Positions 43,989-56,196 of a DNA stretch of 64,000 bases are shown here, one piece after another; the first letter of the stretch is position 1; every line of letters begins with the position of its first letter. Source of the DNA: Eledone cirrhosa (Eukaryota); NCBI GenBank assembly GCA_964016885.1, contig OZ024740.1, positions 36,828,001 through 36,892,000 of the forward strand. Reading direction: 5' to 3'. A model generated the notes under the pieces. That model saw nothing but the letters and a program-made list of their open reading frames with translations. It was not told the DNA's origin and searched no databases. The translations under genes and the position numbers were made by a program.

Positions 43989-44169
43989 GGTGAATTGGCA
44001 GATTCGGTAGAGGGTTGGACGCCATTCTTTCTAGCATAGTTACGTCCCTTTACAGTCTGAGTTCAAATCCCGCCGAGGTTAACTCTGCCTTTCATCCTTA
44101 CGGGGTCGATGAAATAAAGTACCAGTAATGTACTGGGTATTTGCTGGCCTTGTGCCTAAAGTAGAGACA
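43989..44169 (+). mobile_element. tRNA-derived SINE inserted in a satellite monomer
   Basis: A-box-like TGGCAGATTCGG (43996), B-box GAGTTCAAATCC (44059) and central GCCTTTCATCCTTACGGGGTCGATGAAATAAAGTACCAG. Clearly homologous to the copies at 56446 and 56672. The satellite breaks at CAACTGTC and resumes at ATTATATTAAG. Confidence 0.9.
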
Positions 44170-46819
44170 ATTATATTAAGCTTTGTGTGGTTAAAGTTAG
44201 ACATAGAAACCTCAATTGTGATTTGTGTGGGTAAAGTTTTACATAGAAACCTCAACTGTTATTATATCGAAGTTTGTCTGCGTAAAGTTAGACATAAAAT
44301 CTAAAGTCATTAGATTGAGGTTAGGGTGGGCAAAGTTAGACATAGAAACCTCAACTGTCATTACATTGAGGTTCATGTGGGTAAAATTAGATACAATAAC
44401 CTCAATTGTCATTACATTGAGGTTTGTGGGGGTAAAGTTAGACATAGAACCTCAACTGTCATTACATTGAGCTTTGTGTGGGTAAAGTTAGACATAGAAA
44501 CTTCAAGTGTCATTACATTGAGGTTTGTGGGGGTAAAGTTAGACATAGAATCAAATGTCATTACATTGAGGTTTGTGGGGGTAAAGTTAGACATAGAACC
44601 TCAACTGTCATTACATTGAGCTTTGTGTGGGTAAAGTTAGACATAGAAACTTCAAGTGTCATTACATTGAGGTTTGTGGGGGTAAAGTTAGACATAGAAT
44701 CAAATGTCATTACATTGAGGTTTATGTGGGTAAAGTTAGACATAGAAATCTCATTTGTCATTACATTGAGGTTAGATTGGGTAAAGTTAGACATATAAAC
44801 CTCAACTGTCATTACATTGAGATTTGTGTGGGTAAAGGGAGACATAGAAACCTCAAATGTCATTATATTGAGGTTTGTGTGGGTAAAGTTAGACATAGAA
44901 ACTTCAATTGTCATTACATTGAGGTTTGTAAGGGTAAAGTTAGACATAGAAACCTCAACTGTCATTACAATGAGGTTTGTCGGGGTAAAGTTAGACATAG
45001 AATCAAATGTCATTACATTGAGGTTACTGTGGGTAAAGTTAGACATAGAAACCTCAACTGTCATTACATGGAAGTTTGTGTGGGTAAAGTTCGACATAGT
45101 AACCTCACTCTCATTATATTGAGGTTTGTGTGGGTAAAGTTAGATATAGAATCAAATGTCATTACATTGAGCATTGTGTGGGTAAAGTTAGGCATAGAAA
45201 CCTCACTCTCATTAGATTGAGGTTTGTCTGGGCAAAGTTAGACATAGAATCCTCAACTGTAATTACATTGAGGTCGTGTGGGTAAAGTTAGACATAGAAG
45301 CCTCAAATATCATCACATTGAGGTTTGTGTGTGTGGGTAAAGTTAGACATAGAAACCTCAACTGTCATTACATTGATGTTTGTGTAGGTAAAGGTAAGAC
45401 CTAGAAACATCAACTGTCATTACATTGACCATTGTGTGGGTAAAGTTAGATATAATAACCTCAATTTTCATTACATTGAGCTTTGTGTGGGTAAAGTTAG
45501 ACATAGAAACCTCAACTGTCATTACATTGAGGTTTGTGTAGGTAAAGTTAGACATAGAATCCTCAACTGTCATTATATTGAGGTTTGTGTGGGTAAAGTC
45601 AGATATAGAAACCTCACTGTCATTATATTGAGGTTTATGTTGGTAAAATTAGATATAATTACCTCAATTGTCATAACATTGAGGTTTGTGGGGGTAAAGT
45701 TAGACATAGAACCTCAACTGTCATTACATTGAGCTATGTGTGGGTAAAGTTAGACATAGAAACTTCAAATGTAATTACAATGAGGTTTGTGGGTGTAAAG
45801 TTACACATAGAATCAAATGTCATTACATTAAGGTTTGTGTGGGTAAAGTTAGACATAGAAACCTCAACTGTCATTACATTGAGGTTTGTGTAGGTAAAGT
45901 TAGACATAGAATCCGCAACTGTCATTACATTGACATTTGTGTGGGTAAAGGGAGACATAGAAACCTCAAATGTCATTTTATTGAGGTTTGTGTGGGTAAA
46001 GTTAGACATAGAAACCTCACCTTTCATAACATTGAGGTTTGTGTGCGTAAAGTTAAATATAATAACCTCAATTTTCATTACATTGAGCATTGTGTGGGTA
46101 AAGTTAGATATAGAAACCTGAACTGTCATTACATTGAGGTTTGTGTGGTTAAAATTAGATATAATAAACTCAATTGTCATTACATTGAGGTTTGTGGGGG
46201 TAAAGTTAGACATAGAACCTCAGCTGTCATTACATTGACATTTCTGTGGGTAAAGGGAGACATGGAAACTTCAAATGTCATTATATTGAGGTTTGTGTAG
46301 GTAAAGTTAGGCATAGAATCAAATGTCATTACATGAGGTTTGTGTGGCTAAAGTTAGACATAAAAAGCTCAACTATAATTACGTTGAGATTTGTGTGGGT
46401 AAATTTAGACTTAGAAACCTCAACTTTCATAACATTGAGCTTTTTGTGGGTAAAGTTAGACATAAAATCTCAACTGTCATTACATTGAGCTTTGTGTGGG
46501 TAAAGTTAGACATAAAAACCTCAATTGTCATTAAATTGACGTTTGTGTGGGTAAAGTTAGACATATAACCTCAACTGTCATTATATTGAGCTTTAGTGGG
46601 TAAAGTTAGACATAGAAACCTCAACTGTCATTACAATGAGGTTCTTCAGGGTAAAGTTAGACATCGAATCAAATGTCATTACATTGAGGTTAATGTGGGT
46701 AAAGTTAGACGTAGAAACCTCAACTGTCATTACATTGAGGTTTGTGTGGGTATAGTTAGTCATAGTAACCTCAACTCTCATTATATTGAGGTTAATGTGG
46801 GTAAAGTTAGATATATAAT

Positions 46820-49800
46820 CAAATGTTATTACATTGAGCAACTGTCATTACATTGAGGTTTGTGTGGGTAAAGTTAGACATAGAAACATCAACTGTCATT
46901 ACATTGACCTTTGTGTGGGTAAAGTTTGATATAATAACCTCAATTGTCATTACATTGAGGTTTCTGTCGGTAAAATTAGACATAGAAACCTCGACTCTCA
47001 TTACATTCAGGTTTGTGTAGGTAAAGTTAGACATAGAATCCTCAACTGTCATTATATTGAGGTTTGTGTGGGTAAAGTCAGATATAGAAACCTCACTGTC
47101 ATTATATTGAGGTTTATGTTGGTAAAATTAGATATAATTACCTCAATTGTCATAACATTGAGGTTTGTGGGGGTAAAGTTAGACATAGAACCTCAACTGT
47201 CATTACATTGAGCTATGTGTGGGTAAAGTTAGACATAGAAACTTCAAATGTAATTACAATGAGGTTTGTGGGTGTAAAGTTACACATAGAATCAAATGTC
47301 ATTACATTAAGGTTTGTGTGGGTAAAGTTAGACATAGAAACCTCAACTGTCATTACATTGAGGTTTGTGTAGGTAAAGTTAGACATAGAATCCGCAACTG
47401 TCATTACATTGACATTTGTGTGGGTAAAGGGAGACATAGAAACCTCAAATGTCATTTTATTGAGGTTTGTGTGGGTAAAGTTAGACATAGAAACCTCACC
47501 TTTCATAACATTGAGCTTTTTGTGGGTAAAGTTCGACATAGAACCTCAACTGTCATTACATTGAGGTTAGTGTGGGTAAAGTTAGACATAGAAACCTCAA
47601 CAATCATTACAATGAGGTTTGTCGGGGTAAAGTTAGACATAGAATCAAATGTCATTACATTGAGGTTTGTGTGGGTAAAGTTAGACATAGAAAGCTCAAC
47701 TCTCATTACGTTGAGATTTGTGTGGGTAAAGTTAGACATAGACACCTCAACTGTCATTATAGTGAAGTTTGTGTGGGTAAAGTTAGACATAGAATCCTCA
47801 ACTGTCATTACATTGAGGTTTGTGTGGGTAAAGTTAGTCATAGAAACCTCAACTGTCATTACATTGAGGTTTATGTAGGTAAAGATAGACATACGAGCCT
47901 CACATGTCATTACATTGAGTTTTCGGTCGGTAAAATTAGATATAATAATCTCAATTGTCATTACATTGAGGTTTGTGTGGGTAAAGTTAGACATAGAAAC
48001 CTAAATTGTCATAACATTGAGCTTTTTGTGGGTAAAGGTAGACATAGAACCTCAACTGTCATTATATTGAGCTTTGTGTGGGTAAAGTTAGACATAGAAA
48101 CCTCAATTGTCATTACATTGAGGTTTGTGTGGTTAAAGTTAGACATAGAACCTCAACTGTCATTACATTGAGGTTTGTGTGGGTAAAGTTAGACATAGAA
48201 ACCTCAAATGTCATTACAATGATGTTTGTCGGGGTAAAGTTAGACATAGAATCAAATGTCATTACATTGAGGTTAGTGTGGGTAAAGTTAGACATAGAAA
48301 CCGCAACTGTCATTACATTGAGGTTAGTGTGGGTATAGTTAGACATAGTAACCTCAACTCTCATTATATTGAGGTTTGTGTGGGTAAATTTAGACATAGA
48401 AACATCAACTGTCATTACATTGACATTTGTGTGGGTAAAGTAGGATAGAATAACCTCAATTGTCATTACATTGAGGTTTGTGTGCGTAAAGTTAAATATA
48501 ATAACCTCAATTTTCATTACATTGAGCTTTGTGTGGGTAAAGTTAGATATAGAAACCTCAACTGTCATTACATTGAGGTTTGTGTGGTTAAAATTAGATA
48601 TAATAAACTCAATTGTCATTACATTGAGGTTAGTGGGGGTAAAGTTAGACATTGAACCTCAGCTGTCATTACATTGACATTTCTGTGGGTAAAAGGAGAC
48701 ATGGAAACTTCAAATGTCATTATATTGAGGTTTGTGTGGGTAAAGTTAGGCATAGAATCAAATGTCATTACATGAGGTTTGTGTGGCTAAAGTTAGACAT
48801 AAAAAGCTCAACTATAATTACGTTGAGATTTGTGTGGGTAAATTTAGACTTAGAAACCTCAACTTTCATAACATTGAGCTTTTTGTGGGTAAAGTCAGAC
48901 ATAAAATCTCAACTGTCATTACATTGAGCTTTGTGTGGGTAAAGTTAGACATAAAAACCTCAATTGTCATTAAATTGACGTTTGTGTGGGTAAAGTTAGA
49001 CATATAACCTCAACTGTCATTATATTGAGCTTTGTGTTGGTAAAGTTAGACATAGAAACCTCAACTGTCATTACAATGAGGTTCGTCAGGGTAAAGTTAG
49101 ACATCGAATCAAATGTCATTACATTGAGGTTAATGTGGGTAAAGTTAGACGTAGAAACCTCAACTGTCATTACATTGAGTTTAGTGTGGGTATAGTTAGT
49201 CATAGTAACCTCAACTCTCATTATATTGAGGTTAATGTGGGTAAAGTTAGATATATAATCAAATATTATTACATTGAGCAACTGTCATTACATTGAGGTT
49301 TGTGTGGGTAAAGTTAGACATAGAAACCTAAATTGTCATAACATTGAGCTTTTTGTGGGTAAAGGTAGACATAGAACCTCAACTGTCATTATATTGAGCT
49401 TTGTGTGGGTAAAGTTAGACATAGAAACCTCAATTGTCATTACATTGAGGTTTGTGTGGTTAAAGTTAGACATAGAACCTCAACTGTCATTACATTGAGG
49501 TTTGTGTGGGTAAAGTTAGACATAGAAACCTCAAATGTCATTACAATGATGTTTGTCGGGGTAAAGTTAGACATAGAATCAAATGTCATTACATTGAGGT
49601 TAGTGTGGGTAAAGTTAGACATAGAAACCGCAACTGTCATTACATTGAGGTTAGTGTGGGTATAGTTAGACATAGTAACCTCAACTCTCATTATATTGAG
49701 GTTTGTGTGGGTAAAGTTAGACATAGAAACATCAACTGTCATTACATTGACCTTTGTGTGGGTAAAGTTTGATATAATAACCTCAATTGTCATTACATTG

Positions 49801-52300
49801 AGGTTTCTGTCGGTAAAATTAGACATAGAAACCTCGACTCTCATTACATTCAGGTTTGTGTAGGTAAAGTTAGACATAGAATCCTCAACTGTCATTATAT
49901 TGAGGTTTGTGTGGGTAAAGTCAGATATAGAAACCTCACTGTCATTATATTGAGGTTTATGTTGGTAAAATTAGATATAATTACCTCAATTGTCATAACA
50001 TTGAGGTTTGTGGGGGTAAAGTTAGACATAGAACCTCAACTGTCATTACATTGAGCTATGTGTGGGTAAAGTTAGACATAGAAACTTCAAATGTAATTAC
50101 AATGAGGTTTGTGGGTGTAAAGTTACACATAGAATCAAATGTCATTACATTAAGGTTTGTGTGGGTAAAGTTAGACATAGAAACCTCAACTGTCATTACA
50201 TTGAGGTTTGTGTAGGTAAAGTTAGACATAGAATCCGCAACTGTCATTACATTGACATTTGTGTGGGTAAAGGGAGACATAGAAACCTCAAATGTCATTT
50301 TATTGAGGTTTGTGTGGGTAAAGTTAGACATAGAAACCTCACCTTTCATAACATTGAGCTTTTTGTGGGTAAAGTTCGACATAGAACCTCAACTGTCATT
50401 ACATTGAGGTTAGTGTGGGTAAAGTTAGACATAGAAACCTCAACAATCATTACAATGAGGTTTGTCGGGGTAAAGTTAGACATAGAATCAAATGTCATTA
50501 CATTGAGGTTTGTGTGGGTAAAGTTAGACATAGAAAGCTCAACTCTCATTACGTTGAGATTTGTGTGGGTAAAGTTAGACATAGACACCTCAACTGTCAT
50601 TATAGTGAAGTTTGTGTGGGTAAAGTTAGACATAGAATCCTCAACTGTCATTACATTGAGGTTTGTGTGGGTAAAGTTAGTCATAGGACTTCAAATGTCA
50701 ATACATTGAGCTTTGTGTGGGTAAAGTTAGACATAGAAACCTCAACTGTCATTACATTGAGGTTTATGTAGGTAAAGATAGACATACGAGCCTCACATGT
50801 CATTACATTGAGTTTTCGGTCGGTAAAATTAGATATAATAATCTCAATTGTCATTACATTGAGGTTTGTGTGGGTAAAGTTAGACATAGAAACCTAAATT
50901 GTCATAACATTGAGCTTTTTGTGGGTAAAGGTAGACATAGAACCTCAACTGTCATTATATTGAGCTTTGTGTGGGTAAAGTTAGACATAGAAACCTCAAT
51001 TGTCATTACATTGAGGTTTGTGTGGTTAAAGTTAGACATAGAACCTCAACTGTCATTACATTGAGGTTTGTGTGGGTAAAGTTAGACATAGAAACCTCAA
51101 ATGTCATTACAATGATGTTTGTCGGGGTAAAGTTAGACATAGAATCAAATGTCATTACATTGAGGTTAGTGTGGGTAAAGTTAGACATAGAAACCGCAAC
51201 TGTCATTACATTGAGGTTAGTGTGGGTATAGTTAGACATAGTAACCTCAACTCTCATTATATTGAGGTTTGTGTGGGTAAATTTAGACATAGAAACATCA
51301 ACTGTCATTACATTGACATTTGTGTGGGTAAAGTAGGATAGAATAACCTCAATTGTCATTACATTTAGGTTTGTGTGCGTAAAGTTAAATATAATAACCT
51401 CAATTTTCATTACATTGAGCTTTGTGTGGGTAAAGTTAGATATAGAAACCTCAACTGTCACTACATTGAGGTTTGTGTGGTTAAAATTAGATATAATAAA
51501 CTCAATTGTTATTACATTGAGGTTAGTGGGGGTAAAGTTAGACATTGAACCTCAGCTGTCATTACATTGACATTTCTGTGGGTAAAAGGAGACATGGAAA
51601 CTTCAAATGTCATTATATTGAGGTTTGTGTGGGTAAAGTTAGGCATAGAATCAAATGTCATTACATGAGGTTTGTGTGGCTAAAGTTAGACATAAAAAGC
51701 TCAACTATAATTACGTTGAGATTTGTGTGGGTAAATTTAGACTTAGAAACCTCAACTTTCATAACATTGAGCTTTTTGTGGGTAAAGTCAGACATAAAAT
51801 CTCAACTGTCATTACATTGAGCTTTGTGTGGGTAAAGTTAGACATAAAAACCTCAATTGTCATTAAATTGACGTTTGTGTGGGTAAAGTTAGACATATAA
51901 CCTCAACTGTCATTATATTGAGCTTTGTGTTGGTAAAGTTAGACATAGAAACCTCAACTGTCATTACAATGAGGTTCGTCAGGGTAAAGTTAGACATCGA
52001 ATCAAATGTCATTACATTGAGGTTAATGTGGGTAAAGTTAGACGTAGAAACCTCAACTGTCATTACATTGAGTTTAGTGTGGGTATAGTTAGTCATAGTA
52101 ACCTCAACTCTCATTATATTGAGGTTAATGTGGGTAAAGTTAGATATATAATCAAATATTATTACATTGAGCAACTGTCATTACATTGAGGTTTGTGTGG
52201 GTAAAGTTAGACATAGAAACATCAACTGTCATTACATTGACCTTTGTGTGGGTAAAGTTTGATATAATAACCTCAATTGTCATTACATTGAGGTTTCTGT
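46820..52300. repeat. Higher-order duplication near the array edge, offset ~2843-2893 bp, with smaller nested offsets 1479 and 1327
   Basis: Pairs 47219/50062 (2843), 48078/50971 and 48652/51545 (2893), 45740/47219 (1479), 48078/49405 (1327). Boundaries are approximate. Confidence 0.88.
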
Positions 52301-54673
52301 CGGTAAAATTAGACATAGAAACCTCGACTCTCATTACATTGAGGTTTGTATGGGTAAAATTAGATATAATAACCTCAATTGTCATTACATTGAGGTTTGT
52401 GGGGGTAAAGTTAGACATAGTAATCTCAACTGTCATTACATTGAGGTTTGTGTGGGTAAAGTTAGACATAGAAACCTCAACTGTAATTACATTGAGGTTG
52501 GTGTGGGTAAAGTTAGACATAGAAGCCTCAACTATCCTCACATTGAGGTTTGTGTGTGTGGGTAAAGTTAGACATAGAAACCTCAACTGTCATTACATTG
52601 AGATTTGTGTAGGTAAAGTTAGACCTAGAAACATCAACTGTCATTACATTGACCTTTGTTTTGGTAAAGTTAGATATAATAACCTCAACTGTCATTACAC
52701 TGAGCTATGTGTGGGTAAAGTTAGACATAGAAACTTCAAATGTAATTACAATGAGGTTTGTGGGTGTAAAGTTACACATAGAATCAAATGTCATTACATT
52801 GAGGTTTGTGTGGGTAAAGTTAGACATAGAAACCTCAACTGTCATTACATTGAGGTTTGTGTAGGTAAAGTTAGACATAGAATCCTCAACTGTCATTACA
52901 TTGACATTTGTGTGGGTAAAGGGAGACATAGAAACCTCAAATGTCATTTTATTGAGGTTTGTGTGGGTATAGTTAGACATAAAAAGCTCAACTATAAATA
53001 CGTTGAGATTTGTGTGGGTAAAGTTAGACATAGAAACCTCAACTTTCATAACATTGAGCTTTTTGTGGGTAAAGTTCGACATAGAACCTCAACTGTCATT
53101 ACATTGAGCTTTGTGTGGGTAAAGTTAGACATAGAAACCTCAACAGTCATTACAATGAGGTTTGTCGGGGTAAAGTTAGACATAGAATCAAATGTCATTA
53201 CATTGAGGTTTGTGTGGGTAAAGTTAGACATAGAAAGCTCAACTCTCATTACGTTGAGAATTGTGTGGGTAAAGTTAGACATAGACACCTCAACTATCAT
53301 TATATTGAAGTTTGTGTGGGTAAAGTTAGACATAGAAACCTCAACTGTCATTACATTGAGCTTTGTGTGGGTAAAGTTAGACATAGAAACCTCAACAGTC
53401 ATTACATTGAGGTTTGTGTGAGTAAAGTTAGACATAGAAACCTCAACTGTCATTACATTGAGATTTGTGTGGGTAAATTTAGACATAGAACCTAAATTGT
53501 CATTACATTGAGGTTTGTGTTGGTAAAGTTAGACATAGAAACCTAAATTGTCATTACATTGAGGTTTGTGTGGGTAAAGTTAGACATAGAAACCTCAATT
53601 GTCATTTCATTGAGGTTATTGTGGGTATACTTAGACATAGAACCTAAATTGTCATTACATTGAGGTTTGTGTGGGTAAAGTTAGCCATAGAAACCTCAAT
53701 CTTCATTACAATGTGGTTTGTCGGGGTAAAGTTAGACATAGAACCTCAAATGTCATTACATTGAGGTTTGTCTGGGTAAAGTTAGACATAGAAACCTCAA
53801 TTTTCATTACATTGAGGTTTGTGTGGGTAAAGTTACTCATAGAAACCTCAATTTTCATTACATTGAGGTTTGTGTGGGTAAAGTTAAACATAGAAACCTC
53901 AACTGTCATTACATTGGGGTTTGTGCAGGTAAAAATAGAGATAGAAACCTCAACTGTCATTACATTGAGGTTTGTGTGGGTAAAGTTAGACATAGAAACC
54001 TCAATTGTCATTACATTGAGGTTTGTGTGGGTAAAGTTAGACATAGGACCTCAAATGTCATTACATTGAGCTTTGTCTGGGTAAATTAGACATAGAAACC
54101 TCAATTTTCATTACATTGAGGTTTGTGTGGGTAAAGTTAAACATAGAAACCTCAACTGTCATGACATTGAGGTTTGTGTGGGTAAAGTTAGACATAGAAC
54201 CTCAATTGTCATTACATTGAGGTTTGTGTGGGTAAAGTTAGACATAGAACCTCAACTTTCATTACATTGAGGTTTGTGTTGGTAAAGTTAGACATAGAAC
54301 CTCAACTTTCATTACATTGAGGTTTGTGTTGGTAAAGTTAGACATAGAAACGTCAACTGTCATTATATTGAGGTTACTGTGGGTAAAGTTAGACATAGAA
54401 ACCTCAATTGTGGTTTGTGTGGGTAAAGTCAGATATAGAAACTTCAATTGTCATTACCATGAGGTTTGAGAGGGTAAAGTTAGTCATAGAAACCTCAGCT
54501 GTCATTACATGGAGGTTTGTGTGGGTAAAGTTAGACATAGAAATTTCAACTTTCATTACATTGAGGTTTGTGTAGGTAAAGTTAGACATAGAACCTCAAT
54601 TGTCATTACATTGAGCTTTGTGTGGGTAAAGTTAGATATAATAACCTCAATTTTCATTATATTGGGGTTACTG

Positions 54674-55433
54674 GGCGGAGCTGGAACGTCCCTGATGTCG
54701 GCTGGGGGATCCGGATATTTGTGGAGAAGCTCTGATAAAACATCCAGTGTTGATCCGAGTACAGTGTCGCTCGAGGCCATCACACGTAACTCCACCAAAA
54801 CGTCGCCCATTGTTCGTTTGAGGTTGACTCTGTCTCGGAGACGTTTCGTGCTGTGATAAGTGGACTGCGGGTGCTGTGTCCCCACTGGTGGGCAGCAGGA
54901 GATGGCCGAGAAACTCGAGGGCGAAAGGTCGCAGAAGGAAACGATATTGCCCTTGATCCTGGAGTTGGGGAGAGGCCTGATCTCTCTCCCGCCGTCGGGT
55001 TCCCTACAAACGGGATCCCGAGTGCAAGGGTCACAAAACTGAACACTTTGGTCCAGTCTTATGGGCCGCCCGAGTCAAGCGCTGGGTAGATTGATGCCGC
55101 TAGCGCGTGGGTCACGAGAATGCAGGCAACTGTGGGGATCCGTCATTGCCTGAGGCGGAAGATCGCCACCAGAGCCTCATCCGAGTCGAGCAGATTTGGG
55201 TCCCCGTTGTGCCAGGCGTCCGTGACCACCTGTGGCTTCGAGGTGCATAGGCATGGCGGGCAATGCCACCGGTGCAGGTATTCCAACGCACGTTAAGTGA
55301 GTTTCATGCAAGAGAGGTGGAAGAAGCTGTTACAGTTGGAGCAGTTCCTTCCTTTGTTACGCCTGATGCGCGTGGCGCACGTATGGCACTGATCGACCTC
55401 CCGTGGGGTGGAAGGCTGAGGTGAGGCAGGCAT
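54674..55433 (-). mobile_element. Decayed N-terminal part of a CRE-clade-like non-LTR retrotransposon ORF with a PHD finger; cut off at the satellite junction before the RT domain
   Basis: From ATG 55433(-): MPASPQPSTPREVDQ-CHTC-ATRIRRNKGRN-CSNC-NSFF-HLSC-MKLT*RALEYLHR-WHCPPC, a C4HC3 PHD pattern at 55388-55251. Then RIP...AL...DWTKVFSF..ALGIP and, after a frameshift, GDVLVELRVMASSDTV...LSELLHKYPDPP, which resembles the pre-RT GD..A.R.L.S.D...L..KHP region of CRE-type elements as I recall it. In-frame stops at 55295, 55145 and 55061. GC-rich relative to its flanks. Confidence 0.7.
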
Positions 55434-55819
55434 TTAATTCAGGTGTGTTGGAGGTGGGGGCGGAAAATTGAAAATGGGGAGAGTGTGGGGGTGGTTGCTG
55501 GAGTGAGGGAGAAGTAGAAAGGGGTTGATGTGGGATGAATGGGAGGATTAGAGCGTGCGGGGAAAGAGGGGGGAAGAATGTGTGTAGGTAAGTCGTGCTG
55601 ATATGCACGTTGGCTTTGAAAACCGGGGAGAAGGCACTTAAAGTAACCACATTCAATAGAAAGAAAAGAACAAAATGAACATTCAAAGAGATAGATAAAA
55701 CATTAGGAGAAACGAGGAAGCCGGGAGTTCAATTTGTTCCCCTTATTTTCCCCTTATTTTTTTAAAGTATATATTTACATTTTCAATTTATAATTCTATG
55801 TAATATGAGCGTTTTGCTG

Positions 55820-56070
55820 AGTTTCTCTCTCACTGTCTCATACATTCTCTCCCTCCCCCACACACACACACTCTCCTTCTCTCTTACACACACCCATCAA
55901 CACTCACTCTCTCTCTCTAACTCTACTCTTGATCTCTCTCTCACTCTCCCTATATTTAGCTCTCTCCCTCTCTCACTCGCACACACTCCCTGTTTCCTTC
56001 CCTCTTACACTCAAATATTCTCTCCCTCACATTCTCCCACACACACTTTCTCTTCCTCCTCTCACACTTA
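55820..56070. repeat. Degenerate (CT)n/(CA)n low-complexity tract
   Basis: Pyrimidine-rich mosaic of CTCT and CACA runs. Confidence 0.8.
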
Positions 56071-56196
56071 TGTAAGTATAATTTCCTGTCTGTCTAAGAA
56101 TTCCAGTAAACATCATAAATATTGAAGTAACACTTTCTGCTATGAGAAATAGTTTCTAGTTGGTTTAAAAGCAAACAAAAAAAGGTAAAGGTACGT

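Larger units (their letters stand above)
1..54673. repeat. Tandem satellite DNA array, 51-bp consensus monomer (50-, 48- and 53-bp variants), continuing past the left window edge
   Basis: Continuous head-to-tail copies of AGAAACCTCAACTGTCATTACATTGAGGTTTGTGTGGGTAAAGTTAGACAT in one orientation. Recurrent variants are AGAACCTC (50 bp) and AGAATCAAATGTC (48 bp). The only foreign interruption seen is 43989-44169. Confidence 0.99.

Noticed and set aside
1-54673. Hundreds of ORFs encoding 17-aa repeats (CVGKVRHRNLNCHYIEV, LRFVWVKLDIETSTVIT, MSNFTHTNLNVMTVEVS) that suggest a Cys/His metal-binding or solenoid repeat protein
   Set aside because: The monomer is 51 bp (17 codons) and happens to lack stops in several frames. 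ORFs overlap on both strands, and frequent 50-bp monomers and stop variants break the frames every few hundred bases, so there is no sign of coding constraint.
1-54673. CRISPR-like array (palindromic repeat with regular spacing)
   Set aside because: There are no unique spacers, since the whole unit repeats. No cas genes are present and the context is eukaryotic.
1-54673. Satellite-encoded hammerhead, as in newt satellite 2 or schistosome Sm-alpha
   Set aside because: GAAAC and GTC are present, but neither strand of the consensus has a CUGANGA core.
55440-55575. G-rich strand with G-quadruplex potential
   Set aside because: It is an irregular purine-rich tract, probably the 5' UTR of the CRE-like element, with no independent evidence of function.
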